This document shows positions 41,116-54,427 of a DNA stretch of 64,000 nt, piece by piece. The DNA lies in the NCBI RefSeq assembly GCF_009914755.1, contig NC_060938.1. One strand, 5' to 3'. The first letter of the stretch is position 1. Each line of letters starts with the position of its first letter. Under the pieces are notes generated by a model, which searched no databases, had not been told where the DNA came from, and saw only the letters and a list, made by a program, of their open reading frames with translations. A program made the translations under genes and the position numbers. The DNA comes from the human T2T-CHM13v2.0 reference genome, Homo sapiens.

Positions 41116-43065
41116 GTAATGCTGAGGCAATCAAAATCTTATTCAACTTCACATTTGGAATCTATGTCTCTCCATAAACATATACCAAAAATCTTGTAAA
41201 GAGTCAGTGAATGCAATGCAAGATGACTCCTTAATTCTTTATTCATCTTTTATTTTTCACTTAAATTTACATCACATACTACTACTCATAAATACTCTCA
41301 TTTGTATGTGTTAACAATATCTACGTGCATTTGACATACATATAGTGCTAAAAAACTAAATACTATTCTATCAGTTTTTACTGATGCTGTGGTTATCATT
41401 GTTCAATAGTATTTTCTGTGTCTTATGTAACTTTTCTTTAAGGATTTCAAGCTTTCATGAAGCTTATTAGCAACTTAGGCAAATGTCTTTCCCTAATCCA
41501 TTTAGAGATGGGCCCTGTTAATATAATTAATGTGATTAGTTAAAAAATTTAACTATAAAGAAAAAAATCTGAATAGTACAAAGAGCAATTTCAATCTTTC
41601 TACTTTGACCTTTCTCTTCTTACCCACAGCACACGTTTCATCTGAGAAAATCAGTATTAGAAAAAATAGCATCTCATAGCACTTCTGCAATCAAAGAGAG
41701 TACACATAAACGAAAATGATATTTTTAGCAACCTTTATACAAATACTCTGGTACTTTATGAACCTTGTCAGTAGGCATGATGTTTCTGATATTTCAGAAA
41801 TTCCCTGTTCTTAGGAGTGAAATGTTGTATTTGAATCATTTTGACTTCAATCTGTTATAATGAGGAGTATTTTACTATAAATATCTTCCATTAAAAAGAG
41901 ATTTAGGCTATTTATCAGAGTAAGTCAATTATTTACTTTTTACCTAGAAATCATATATTCCATGATAATTAGTACAAATTTAGTAAAAAGGAAGAAACTA
42001 TAGGTGAAGTAAGGACCATTTGGAAAGAATCATCGGAACTCAGCCAAATAGGTTTTTATAAAAGCATCTGCAATTATTTTATGTCACTCTGTCAATGACA
42101 AACAATCAAATGGATGTGGGAAATATTAAACTGATAATCTAAAAATTATCCAAGTTTCCTTTTCAAAAGCAAATAACCTAATGCCTTCAGTTTTAAAGCT
42201 CTTTAATTTTAAATTTTAAAGCTCTTCTAAGTCAGGGAAATAATCTTCATTTTCAATGAGCAGTAGTAACACTGTTAATAGAGCCTTCAGAATAAATTTT
42301 CCTTTAATATATCATGTCAATTTCATTTTTAAAAATTTACAAAGCTTGGTAGCAAGCTTTGTTCATAAATGTCTGGAAAAAATATGTCCACCTAAACATT
42401 GTTGGTATTGTATAAATGGCTACATTCTCAATAAAGAGTAAGATGGATATAACTAATAAAAAATTAAGTGCACATACAGCATAGCAGACATATAGTTAGT
42501 TGTTTAATGTTAGTAAATTATTACAGAGTTAGTTATGTGTAAGAGTATTTTTCATTTGGTTTAAAATTTTAGAGGTTTAATAACTGAAATTTGTCAGAGA
42601 CTCTAAAAGTGATGAGATTCTTGTAATTGAAACATATTAGGAAATTTGTTAAAAAGTCAATGCATAAACTAGAATGTCTCCTTAATATTATTTAACAGAA
42701 TAAGTAAACACATTTACTGGTATTAGAATATTTATATCTCCCCTGCTTCCAAAAAAGCTTATCCCAGAATCAAGAAATAATTTAGACACAACTATGTACC
42801 AGAATATTGTTAGATGCACTTAGAAATTTTAGACATAACAAGGCATAATTTTAAATGTTAATTCTTTTAGCTCAAACAAAATGTGATTAATTGATTTTGT
42901 CTACAATAACAGGTAGTGCCCCAGGGAAAGCTAGGTAAGAAAATTCCTTAAAGAGATGAGACAGCATTTTACATTCTCTTTCTCTGCGCTGAGGTAAGTC
43001 AGTGTGTATTTTTTCTCTTGATGTTAGCTCTGAATTTTATAAATTAGGGTAAGAGCTCAATTAGA

Positions 43066-43380
43066 ATCATTCATTCGTTCAAGAAACATTTAAAGAATAT
43101 CTACTCTGTTCCAAGCACAGTTATAGAAATTAGGGACACTAAAGTAAACACAATGGTCACATGCAGCTGGTGAGGACGTCATGTTACATTGTGATAAGTG
43201 CTAAAGGAAGACAGATAAGAAATGTTGTAAAGTTGGCAAATGCAATTCTAAATATGATTTCAGAAACACTCACTGAGAAGGCAACTGAGAGGCAAGTAAA
43301 GACTTGAAAGACAAAAGGAAAAAGGCAAGTGTATAGCTGGAGCAACAAAGCATCAGAGTAAAGCCATATCAAGCACATGG
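43066..43380 (-). mobile_element. L2a 3' end
   Basis: CATTCATTCGTTCAAGAAACATTTA...CTACTCTGTTCCAAGCAC. Confidence 0.75.
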
Positions 43381-43723
43381 CCAACACATCCATCGTTCAT
43401 TATTTATTACAGTTGTGCCTTGTAGACCATTTCTGCCATAAAAAAAACTACTAGTTGAAAGATTAAACGCAGGGTCTTAGAGAAGCTATGTTTGAGGAAG
43501 CCACAGTTAGGTTTATATTGCAATGGGGAGGGCTGATTCTTGAAAATAATTATGTCTGTGACTTTTGAATATGGAGTTGACTGAAATCATATATATGGAA
43601 AGACTCACCAAAGCTTTTGAGAATGCCATATGGGCAAAGGTTTTGCCAGATTTTTGCTCAGCTACCAAGCAGGCGTATTTTTAGTGTCTGGTTCAGTTAT
43701 AGACATGGAGGATATTAGAAAAA

Positions 43724-44577
43724 TATTATAGCCTGAATGTCCCTCAAAATTCATGTGTTGAAGGTTAATCACCAACGTGATAGTGATGCAAGGCAGGCAA
43801 GCCCCAGATTTGGAGCTTTGCTGGGAGAGTTCTTGGCTTCACCCAGAAAAGAATTCAAGGGCAAGCCAGTGGTGTTAAACAGCAACTTGTATTGAAGTGG
43901 GGGCATACAGCAGCAGCAGAGGTACTTCTCCTTGCAGAGCCAGGCTACCCCATAGGCAGTGTTCCCAGCATAGCAGCTCAGGGGCAGGTCTGCAGTCATA
44001 CTGATACCCCCTTTTAATTGCATGCAAATTAAGAAACTAGTTATTCACAGATTTCTCATAAAGGGGGTGGTAACTTAGAGGTGTTTACCTGGAAACGTGT
44101 GGTAACTTCCCAGTGTTGCTGTAGAAGTGGTAAACTGCCATGGCACTGGTGGGTGTGTCTTATGGAGAGGTGCTTTCAGTGCTTCTTCCCTGTTTCAGCC
44201 AGTCTTCAATCTGGTCTGGAAACTAGTCCTGCCTCCTAGATCAATAATATTAAGAGACTGGAACTTTTGAAGGTGATTAAGTCTTAAGGACAGATTCCTC
44301 ATAGATGGGAATAGCAACTTTATAAAAGCCTGGAGGAAACTAGCTAGGCCCTTCTACCTTCTGTCCTGTGAGGACACAGGGTTCCTCCCCTTCAGAGAAT
44401 ACAATATTCAAGGAATACTATTGAAAGCAGAGACTGGAACCTCATCAGACATCAAACCTGCCGGCACTTTGATTTTGGACTTTCCATTCACCAGAACTGT
44501 GAGGAATAAGTTTTAATTTTTAATAAATTACCCAGTCTCTGGCATTTTGTCACAGCATCACAAAGTGACCTAAGACA
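43724..44577 (+). mobile_element. MSTC/D-like solo LTR split by an ERV1 LTR
   Basis: CAAAATTCATGTGTTGAA..ATCACCAACGTGATAG [insertion] TATTAAGAG...CTAAGACA. Confidence 0.88.
43784..44243 (-). mobile_element. ERV1 solo LTR (MER66-like)
   Basis: TG...CA termini; 4-bp TSD atag/ataa; GAAAAGAATTCAAGGGCAAGCCAGTGGTG...GGCTACCCCATAGGCAGTG. Confidence 0.8.
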
Positions 44578-44869
44578 AAAAGAAAATACCTTCTAATGAT
44601 AAGAATAAAGAGTGTTGGACAACAATGGGGTGGAAATCACTTCTAAGGAGTACAAATGGGGCCTGATCAAATAACATTTATTTTCTCCAGTTTAGGGGAA
44701 TCAGATGACAGTTTCCAAAAAAAAAATGCAGAATTTTTATAAATCAATATTGGCTATCATGTGTTTCTCCTTTCCTTTTTTTGAAAGGAAACTTTTATTA
44801 TGTTTATGTTGTCCTTGTTGCATTATTTCATGTTGACTGAGGATGATTAGATTATACAATTTTTGAGTC

Positions 44870-45813
44870 CATGAGTGTTCAGGTTGAGTCTGATTTATAT
44901 CACAAGATTCTAAACAACAGTATGTGAACAAACAAACATAACTGGAATATCAAATATGCTAGTAGGGAAGGTTTGCAGTCTTGTGCACCAGTGACCACTA
45001 TGACAAAAAGATGCTAGAGGCAGACATTATAACTTTTGTAGCTTGGGCCCTATAATGATAAATGTGGAACAGACCACTGTGAAAATAAATGAAGATCAAC
45101 CAAATGGGAACAAGCAAAGTCTGCTTATTTAGAGTTTACTGTATCATTTGTGTTTAGCAGAGACACAAAAGCAGGAAGAGGAGTGAGAAAACTTCAAAGC
45201 AGAAAAAATGGAAAGCTTCAGATATGCCCTGATTGTAGGTTGTTGACATGGTATAAGCTGTAGGTGGGCTAACTATAGGTGAGACATCGTATGTAATTGG
45301 ATAGTGGCACGTATTTACCTTTGTCTGGTTTGTCCTGAGTTGGAAGCAGGACCAAAAGTTAGGAGAAATGTCATTAATTATTTAACTTTTACACTTGGGG
45401 CTGATTGTTATCAGGGTTATTGTTTGGTTTCTTAGACTTGTGCTACAGATAGTGGCCTGAAATTCTATAAGTCTGATTTATAGATAGCAGGTTGGGCTCC
45501 TGGACTGGTTACAAGTTAATGAGTTGGCTTCCTGAGATAGTTGCTGCAGATTGTGGTCAAAGTCCCTTTTCTATACACATAGTTTGGCCATTTTCTATCT
45601 GTATATTCAGTTTCTTATCACATAACAAAGGACATGAAAAACAGATCTAAACCCAGCTGATGACTGAAATACAGAGCCTAAGTCCAGTCTAGAAAGCTTA
45701 ATTTCAGCTGATCTGCAGATATGTGAACACAGGAATATTTTATTGATGTTTTAAGTCCTGAGTTTGTGGATGGTTTACTATGCAGTAATATTGTGACAAG
45801 AATGAACTGATTA
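44870..45813 (+). mobile_element. MLT1I/J-like LTR split by an ERV1 LTR
   Basis: 3' end CAGCTGATCTGCAGATATGTGA...TTTAAGTCCTGAGTTTGTGGATGGTTTACTATGCAG. Confidence 0.6.
45078..45617 (-). mobile_element. ERV1 solo LTR (MER89/MER90-like)
   Basis: TGTGAAAATAAATGAAGATCAACCAAATG...GTATATTCAGTTTCTTA; TSD ccac/tcac. Confidence 0.8.
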
Positions 45814-46199
45814 AATGGTGCTAGTCCAAAGGTAGCTATCTAGAGGTGCCACCAAATATATAGGGCCATCAAATATATAATCATTTGAGAGAAGAAAGGA
45901 CATTCCAAAAGAATATCACTCACATTGCATTTGACCGGCACAGTGTACTGGTTAATATAAAATCACAGGCTTTATAGATAGACTTGCTGGGCTTATTTAT
46001 TATTCATTGAGTGTGTATTGTGTACATAGTTTTAGTCTAATTACTAAAGAAATACTTATGGTCAGAACAAAGTCACTGTTTTCCCATTTATGTTGTTCCA
46101 GGAGATAGAAAAAAGTGAACAAGTAAATTAAACCAAACAATATAAATGCAAATGATGACTAAGTACAGAAACATAAATGGAACAATCACATGGAGACTA

Positions 46200-46370
46200 A
46201 TTTCTAATCCAAGCTCCATTATTTATTAGCAAGTCTTTTAATCTCCCTAAAACCTAGTTTTCTGCAAAATGTGGACAATGACTTATATAATCAGACAAAT
46301 CATGTAAAATATCTGTAAGTTCCTGCCACACTGTAAGCCTTCATTTAATAAGATGACGATAATGATGAAG
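46200..46370 (+). mobile_element. MIR remnant
   Basis: TTCTAATCCAAGCTCCA...GCAAGTC..TTAATCTCCCT...CTGCAAAATG. Confidence 0.65.
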
Positions 46371-46396
46371 AAAACTCAAGTTATTAAGAGCATGGT

Positions 46397-46797
46397 TCTC
46401 TTAATTTGTTTTGTGCTGCAATAACAGAATACCAGAGACTGGGTAACTTATAATAAACAGAAATGTATTGACTCATAGCTCCGGAGGCTGGAAAATCTAA
46501 GGTGAAAGTGCTAGCAGGTTTGGCGCTTGGTGAGGTTATTCTCTTTTTCCAAGATGGCTCTGTGCACGTTGCTTCCTGCAAAGGGGAGGGAGACTGGGTG
46601 GTCACATGGCAGAAGGAAGTAGGGACAAGGGAGGTAACTCACTCCTGGGAGCACTTTTATAGCCGCATTAATACATTCGTGAGGGTGGACTCCTTATGAC
46701 CTAAACACCTCCCATTAGGTCCCAGCCTCTATACTGTTGCACTGAAAATTAAGTTTCAACATGAGTTTTGGATCAGATGAACATTAAAACCATAGCA
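46397..46797 (-). mobile_element. MSTB-like solo LTR
   Basis: Full antisense LTR ending AAAACCATAGCA; 5-bp TSD atggt/gtggt. Confidence 0.92.
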
Positions 46798-46879
46798 GTG
46801 GTCAAGTGCAAGCCATGGAATTGAATCAGTGCAGATCAGCTTTTATTTCTTCTTCTTCTTTAGTGAGAATCTAGTAGGA

Positions 46880-47540
46880 TGAATAGAAGTTTGAACCTCT
46901 TATTGACTGCATAGAATCAGTTGGGATGCTATTATAACAGTACGTGTGATAAAAAAAAGTAGAGAACAATGTCAAAAGGGATTGAGAGGACTAGATAAAT
47001 TGGAGCAATGTTTAGAAGTTAAATTGACACAACTAAATATTATATTAGTTGCAGGTGAAGTAGATGGGGTAAAAATAAATAGCTAACGAAACTCTCAAAA
47101 TCTTACTTATACAGTGTCTTGGTATGTTGGTGATATTCAGTGAGATCCAGAATACAAATGAGCATTTTGGGTACAAAGTTAATGAGTTTTGAACATTCCA
47201 TTTGTGGTTTCTATGTATATTCAGGCAGAAGTGTCCAATCAATTGAAGATTGATCTGGAATTGAGGAAAGATATTTTGCATAGGTGCAATATTTCTGGAA
47301 TCAATTGCATACAAAATTATAGTAAATGACATAGAATAAACATTTGGGGAGCTCATTAAGTAAGAGAAAATGATTTGGGAAATATGCGAATGTCATCAAG
47401 GAAGGATGATTTTGATGATGATGAGGTGGGAAAATTTCATATGAAGGTGAAAAAGCCAACCAGAGAAAGGCTGAGGCATGACCATTGAAACTGACAATTA
47501 AAGAATCATTAATAACATTTGAAAAAATAATTATATAATT
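46880..47540 (-). mobile_element. L2 internal fragment
   Basis: Purine-rich antisense L2 (AATGAGTTTTGAACAT...ATCTGGAATTGAGGAAAGAT). Confidence 0.6.
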
Positions 47541-47859
47541 ATATATTTAAGAAACAATCTAAAATGAGACATGAATCAGAAATTAATAAATAGAAAAAAC
47601 TATATAAATTACTATTTAGGGGAGTTTGGCAATCCAAAGGTAAAATAACATACAAGACAGGGGCATTAAGAATTGAGAAATTTCTGCTTTTGTTAAGAGG
47701 GATCAGTACACTTGGGTAATGAGGGGACATAAGCAACACAGTGATTAAAGCTGCATAAGCAATTAAGCATAGTTTCTGGGGAAGTTGGGGGAAATTAGAA
47801 GGCTCTGAGCCAAGCCACAAATCTCACAGTCTAACTTCTCTGAGGGAAAGCATCATGTG

Positions 47860-48090
47860 TAAAAGATTAAGATAAGCCATTAAAATCTCTCTCTCATTTT
47901 CTGGGATACATGTCCTCTTTTCCTCAGAACAAACTGCAGTAGAGCTTCTATGTTCTGGCTTTGCAGAAGTTGAAGAAAACCAAAAATGCTTTCCATTTCT
48001 CCTTTCACTATCACTAACAACTTCTTCTTTATTTAGGGTCCACACATTTTCAAACTCTCACCGACTCCCAAATTATTTAGAAAGGACTCA
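47860..48090 (-). mobile_element. Possible CR1/L3 ORF2 remnant
   Basis: Translation LNKEEVVSDSERR..WFSS...PENEREILMAYLNLL resembles the CR1 ORF2 linker upstream of the RT domain; weak. Confidence 0.35.
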
Positions 48091-49224
48091 CACTGCCACC
48101 TCTAAATGAATGACTAAAAGTTATTTTGTTTCCAATTCTTTCTTTTTACCTCTATCGTCCTCACTATGGAATGACTTGTGTCATCTTATTCATATATGAC
48201 TGAAAATAGTATCTCTTCTTTTATTTTGAATCTATCCTTTTGTATGTATATTTACTTTCCTGATTCTGATAGCTCTTTGTACTCTTTTTTTGGCTAATAT
48301 GCACTTAAATTGCCACTTATTTTTCCTCAAATTTTAATATAATTGTTAAGTTCAAACATTAAGTAATTGTTATTATCAAGTATTTCTCAAGTTGTCGCCA
48401 TTTTTACAAAACTCTAAAATATTTCAATATAAGCAGGTTCTTATTCTCCCAATATATTTTGCTAAATTTGATAGTATGTTCATTTTTCAACGCTCTCTGA
48501 TCTGCTTTATTTATACTCTACCCTTCAGAAAATGCTAACGTCAGCTGTCAGTATCATCCAGAGCATTGCTTTCACACAGAGGTCTCTGAGATGTACTGTA
48601 GAAGCATAAAAAGTCTATACAGTCTTTGTATTAGGGCAGTAACAGTCATTTTTAGATGAGGCCTTAACTGAAAAAAAAAGTACTCCTAAATTGGAAGAAA
48701 TAATTAGATTTATAAAATAACAACTTCAAAAAAATCCTCTTTGATATAATAGCCCCTACTTTTAGTATTTATCCAGTTTTAACCCTCTATCCCATAAGCT
48801 ATCACAAATCAAGGGTATGTTTGCTTTGAGGAGGTTTAGCTGATATGAACCCTAAAATAGGGTTTTCGACAAAATGTTTGTGTACATTTTATATCATGTT
48901 ATGGTTTACTTTTTCACGTGATATTATTAGTACATTCGGCTTTTTAAAAGTAATGTGGAAATTTGAAAAAAAAATCAGCCTTTCATTCAGAATTAGTTTG
49001 TCATTCTTTTCAGAATACAGAACAAATGATGTTTAGCAACCTCTTTATATAATATAGCTAAGAAGCCCAATTTAAGGAAAATCAGAAAAAAAGCAAAATA
49101 ATTTGTTTCCTGGTCATAGCTTAGTACTCAAAAAAATAAATCTATGAAGATATCAATTATCTAAATAGGTACTGAAATGGTGTTCATTTGATCTTTAACA
49201 CTAAACTGGACTTTTCTATGAATA

Positions 49225-49709
49225 CAGTAGTCTCTCCTTATCCAGTTTCCCCTTCTTCGGTCAACCAGGGTCTAAAAATATTAAATGGAAAATTCTAGAA
49301 ATAAACTATATGTTTTATGTTGCATGCTTTTCTGAGTAGAGTGGTGAAATCTCACACTGCTCCATTCAGTCCCAACAGGGATGTGAATCCTCACTTTTGT
49401 CCAGTATATTCAGGCTGTCTGTGCTCTCCACCCACTCATCACTTAGTGCCCATCATGGTGATCAGATTGGCTGTCTTGGTGTCACAGTGCTGTATTCAAG
49501 TAACTCTTGTGACACTTATTTCAATTAATTTTACTATTTTCTTATTAGTAATTGTTAATTTCCTCCTGTCCCTAATTTATAAATTGTATTTTATCATAGA
49601 CATGTATGTATAGGCAAAAACAATATATATATGGTTCAATACTATCTGTGATTGCAGGCATTCAGTGGAGGTCTTGGAACGTATCTCTGCAGATAAAGGT
49701 GGTTTACTG
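49225..49709 (+). mobile_element. MER44B (TcMar-Tigger)
   Basis: TIRs CAGTAGTCTCTCCTTATC / GATAAAGGTGGTTTACTG; TA on the left flank. Confidence 0.9.
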
Positions 49710-50099
49710 TTTAGTGAACCGGCAACTTTTTTTTTCTAATTTAATTAAACAGAAAATAAGAAACCCAGGGCTTAACCTATGTACTACATGTAGATTGAAT
49801 AAAAATAAGACAAAAAAAGCCAAATTTTCATCATTGTGGAAAAAAAGAACAGCTACTGAAGTTCAACATCTATTAGTTCATTTATCCCAAATAACAATCA
49901 TTAGAATAGCTTTATTGTTCACATTTCACAGCTGTGGAAATTAAGTCTCATTGAAATGCCCCTATTGTGTAATTACTTTTGCACCTAATACTAATCTAAC
50001 ACTTTCAAAATACATTACTTAAATTATTTATTCAAGTAATCACTTAAGGAACTGTAGTTAAAGGACATGGATGGAGCGTGGCGTTTTGTGCCCTTTGAA

Positions 50100-50497
50100 G
50101 GGAGACACAAGGCCTCAAATTGTGTGAGACCACCACATCAAGTGATGAGTAGAAAAAAGAAAAAGAAATCCAAACTGATACTCTATTGTGATATTTTGAA
50201 AAATAAAAACAGAAAATGCAAAAGCCTCTAGAGAGAAAAATATGTGCATTTTACAAATTAAAAAAAATAAGGCTGACTTCATAACTCTGATAAGAAATGT
50301 TGGATACAGAAAGATATTGGGGCAAAACCTTTGAGAGTTAGGGATGAAAAGTATTTTGGACCAAAAACTATATACTCAAACTATTAGGTAAGTGTGAAGC
50401 TCAATCCCTTCAGCAACAACAACAACAACAAATGGCATTTTCAAATATACAACAATTTTGAAAATTTACCAATCAATATATATCTTGTATGAAAAAT
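50100..50497 (+). mobile_element. HAL1 or L1M ORF1 C-terminal remnant
   Basis: AAAGCCTCTAGAGAGAAAAA...AAGGCTGACTTCA...CAAACTATTAGGTAAGTGTGA. Confidence 0.55.
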
Positions 50498-50616
50498 AAC
50501 TAGTAAAACAAATAAATGAATATCAAACTAGTAAAACAAATATCAAACTAACTAGTAAAACAAATAAATGAATATTAAATAAATGAACGAATAAATGAAA
50601 ATCAAATAAATGAATG
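50498..50616. repeat. Compound slippage array (AACTAGTAAAACAAAT / AATAAATGAA units)
   Basis: Three AACTAGTAAAACAAAT copies (50498, 50526, 50550) and five AATAAATGAA copies. Confidence 0.9.
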
Positions 50617-51341
50617 ACATAGGATGAAATACATAACATATTTATATAGTTTTATATATAAATATATAAGCAAAAAAACCCCAAAATTAAATTGATGTAG
50701 CATAACTAAAAATTAGCTGGTAAAATTAGAAAAGAGGTTCCTGGACACCAACAGAAATGTCTTCAAAAAGAAAAAGTGAAACATATTCAATACAAAAAGT
50801 GAGATAATTAAATAACTGTGGATGGATTGTAATCTGCAGTATAAACATTTGTTTCTTTTCTTTCTATGGAAAAGAAAAAAACAGAAAGTTAACTCAGATG
50901 AGAAGCAAAAGTCATAGTCGATATATTTAGCAAATTAAAAGTTTTAATATTTCATGACTTGAATAATTGATGACTCCAAAAATTAAAATTTAATTTGATA
51001 TGGATGATAATACTTATATGTTTGGAACAGGGGTTAGGACATTTTACCAATAGAGAAGGAAAAGTACCTAACTTAATTTTTAGACCGTAAGTTTATTACA
51101 AAATTTTAATGCAATTATTGTTTGTTTATGTTCCAACATTTAAAGTAAACCTACAGAGCATTTAATGAAGAATTTAATACTATTATAGAATGTAGTGTTA
51201 TTATAACTTTCACAGAAACCACTTGGAATAAGAAGTAGGTAGATTAAATGAGTGAGGAGAAAGATATCAGGTGACAAATGCTATATTCTAACATACCTGA
51301 AAGACATAAAGTGGAAAAATTATTTAAATATTCCAATTAAA

Positions 51342-51576
51342 AGATGTTTTTGCCACATGAGTGATATTGATATTTTGCTCTTTGTTGTGGGGGCCCTTCC
51401 TCGGCCTTTCCTTTATTGTGGGGCCTTTTCTTTTCTTGTGTGTTTAACAGTATCCCTAGCCTCTACCCGCGGCATGCCAGTAGCTTCTCTTTCCCTATGT
51501 CCCGATAACAAAAAATGTCTTCAAATATTGCCAAATGTTCCCTTGGCAACAAAATTCAGTTATTTGAGACCAATAA
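51342..51576 (-). mobile_element. MER20 (hAT-Charlie)
   Basis: ATCCCTAGCCTCTACCC...ATGCCAGTAGC...AAAAATGTCT..ATATTGCCAAATGT. Confidence 0.88.
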
Positions 51577-53664
51577 TTTTAAGACATATTGCTTGTCTAC
51601 AAGGTAGCTAAAGTGACTATCAAAATTAGAAGCCAGGGGAAGAATAAAATGGTGTAAATAAGCTATGTTCTCATATTTCAAACTATAATATTAATATCTA
51701 ATATCCTAATTTAATAAATTAAAGATACAAGCAAAAATTAAATTAAAAGTCAAAAAATGGTATGTTAATGTTAATTTGGTAAATGTGTTATATACATGTA
51801 TGTTAAGAAAAAATGTTAGAAACTTTGCGAATATAGCTTCAATGTCTCTAAATCTCTTTAAACTATTATTTAAATTATATTATTTTCACTTTATGGAAAC
51901 TTTTTGAATTTAAGAACGACATTGCATTTAATGTCAAATATTTAAATTGTGATCATAGAACATTTCAAATTTTTTAAAACGGTACAACATGAAATGTGCC
52001 TAATATGAAAATTCCTGTTAACTATATATTTAAACCTCAACTTTATTCCTTGAATTACAGCATTATTGAGAGAAAAGCATACTTTTATATATAATGCATC
52101 GTTCCAAAAATCCATGTTAAATTAGATTCACTATGATAGATACTAATGAACAAAGACTAAAAAGTATCAAAAGTGATTTATACATAAGAGCAGGTTTCTT
52201 AATTCTAAATATTTAAAAATATAATCTATTGGCTAGTAATAAATTTTGTATTAACATTTCTCCACATGCAAGGTGGAGGATAAAATTTATAGAAAAGTAA
52301 TAAAACTAAAATATATTTTAAATTTTATTTATTTTTAAAAATAAAAAGATTGACACATGATCTGTGTAGTCAGTGGACGAAAACAAACACTGAAAAATAA
52401 GCACATCACTTAGTTCAATTGAGAAATTACATTCTGTATAACAAAGTTTGAGGGTGAAGAAATACATTCTGAAAACATTTTCCAAAATATTTTTATATTA
52501 TGAATTATGAATTATATTATCCATTTTCTAAGTTACTCCCTAAATTTTCAAATATTTATTCACTTATAACAAGTAATATTTAGTGTTTCTCAGAAAATTT
52601 GATTTCTATTGCAAAAACTACTTTAAAGATTTGTTTGTTATTTTACTATATGCAGATTCCCCACATATTCAAAGATTCACTCTAATTGCATATAGATACA
52701 AATGTTGGGAGAAATTTAACCAGTTTTATACTTAGGTCATTTTTTTTCTGTATAACCAAAGAGATATGAGTAAGAATAAAAGTAAGAAATGTAAAGAAAA
52801 AACAGAAATGTAAAACTTACTAACTAGTGCAGATGCTAAAATGTTTCACTAAATTTTTATATTAATATTCAACTTCCTTCAGTCCTAGTTCGAATATTAT
52901 ATTTCAGTTAATGCTGTAAATCCTAATCTTATTGTTTTCATAATTAGCATTTATTTTTCAAGAAAACATCAAATGTTATTCTTAGGAAAAGTTATTGTAA
53001 ACATTATTTATAAATGGTGACATAGATGAGGAAATTGAACAAAAATTTCTTCTGAGTCTTATGAGCAATCATTATAACTAGATGTTTTCTCAAGAATTTA
53101 AATTTATTGCTGCAAAATTATCCCTTATTTATTTCTCACAAATTTCTTCTTCACACTCACTGTTTTTATTTAAGCAATTTGACATGTTTCAAAAGATATT
53201 CACATTCTAATGGAAAAAATTTCCCATTGAATTGAACTGTGAAAACGTTATATATATTCAAACATGATATTCTTGGTAGCTGGTTTAATGTCTGAAGACA
53301 GTGTGCTTACAACAAATCAGTTGTAGTTCCTTATGTAAATGTATCATTATTATTTGGTTTTTAGTAAGAAGAAAACAACGTTTTTGGAGAGATGTTCATT
53401 AGGACAGTATATGTAAGTGTATTAATATTTTTACATAAAAACTTTATCTATAACTTTAAATGCATGCACTCATTCACTGCAATGTACTCCACTGAAGCTA
53501 AACTGGAATATTTACTTAAAGATAAAAACACAAGAAGCAATGTGCAGTCAGCATTTCACTTTTACTGCATTCTGTTTAAAGCACAATACCATTACTGATA
53601 TGTCTTCAATAATTATGTTACATTTGTTATTAGAGAAAATGTAGCAAACTAAGCATAGGTTAAA

Positions 53665-54427
53665 AAACAGTAACAAGAAAACTTTCCCCAAACTTACTAA
53701 ATAGATTAAAAATGTAAAAATCAAGGAGAACACAAAATTGATTGTATGAATAGGTAAAAATATGTACTTTCCCAAAATTAACACTCTACGTGATGCAATT
53801 TTCAATAAACTTTACAGCACTTAGAAACAGTAAGTAAAGCCCTTGCTTGAAATATTTAGATAGTGAGATGCAACTGTATTTTGGAAAATATTTTTATGAA
53901 AAACCATTATCCTTAATACAGAACACAGTAAGTATGGCTGAGAAGAAAATGACTAACAGAGATTTAAAAAAATATTTCGCAGCAAGGCCAGTGGCAGTAG
54001 TCATGCCTGTAATCCCAGCACTTGGGAAGGCTGAGAAGGGAGGATCACTGGAGCCCGGGAGTTTTACATCAGCCTGGGCAATGTAGTGAGACACTATCTC
54101 TACAAAAAATACAAAAAAAAAAAAAAAAAATTCACCAGGCATGGTGGCACAGGCCTGTATTTCCAGCTACTTGGAAGGCTAAGGTGGAAGGAGTAACAGA
54201 GCCTGAGAGATTGTGGCTACAGTGAACTAAGATTGCACCACTATACTCCAGCCTGGGTGACAGAGCGAGATCCTTTCTCAACAAACAAACAACAACAAAC
54301 ACAAACAGAAATCACAACAAATAAATATACAAACAATAACAAGAAAACTTTCCCTAAACTGACCAAATAGATTAAAAATGTAAAAATCAAAGAGAAAAAA
54401 ATTGATTTTATGAATAGGTAAAAATAT
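53665..54427 (+). repeat. Dispersed direct repeat of about 98 bp (53665-53763 and 54331-54427)
   Basis: AAACA(G/A)TAACAAGAAAACTTTCCC...ATGAATAGGTAAAAATAT; about 7 substitutions plus one 2-nt indel. Confidence 0.93.
53986..54308 (+). mobile_element. AluJ-like with (AAAC)n tail
   Basis: GGAGGATCACTGGAGCCCGGGAG...GCCTGGGTGACAGAGCGAGA. Confidence 0.94.
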
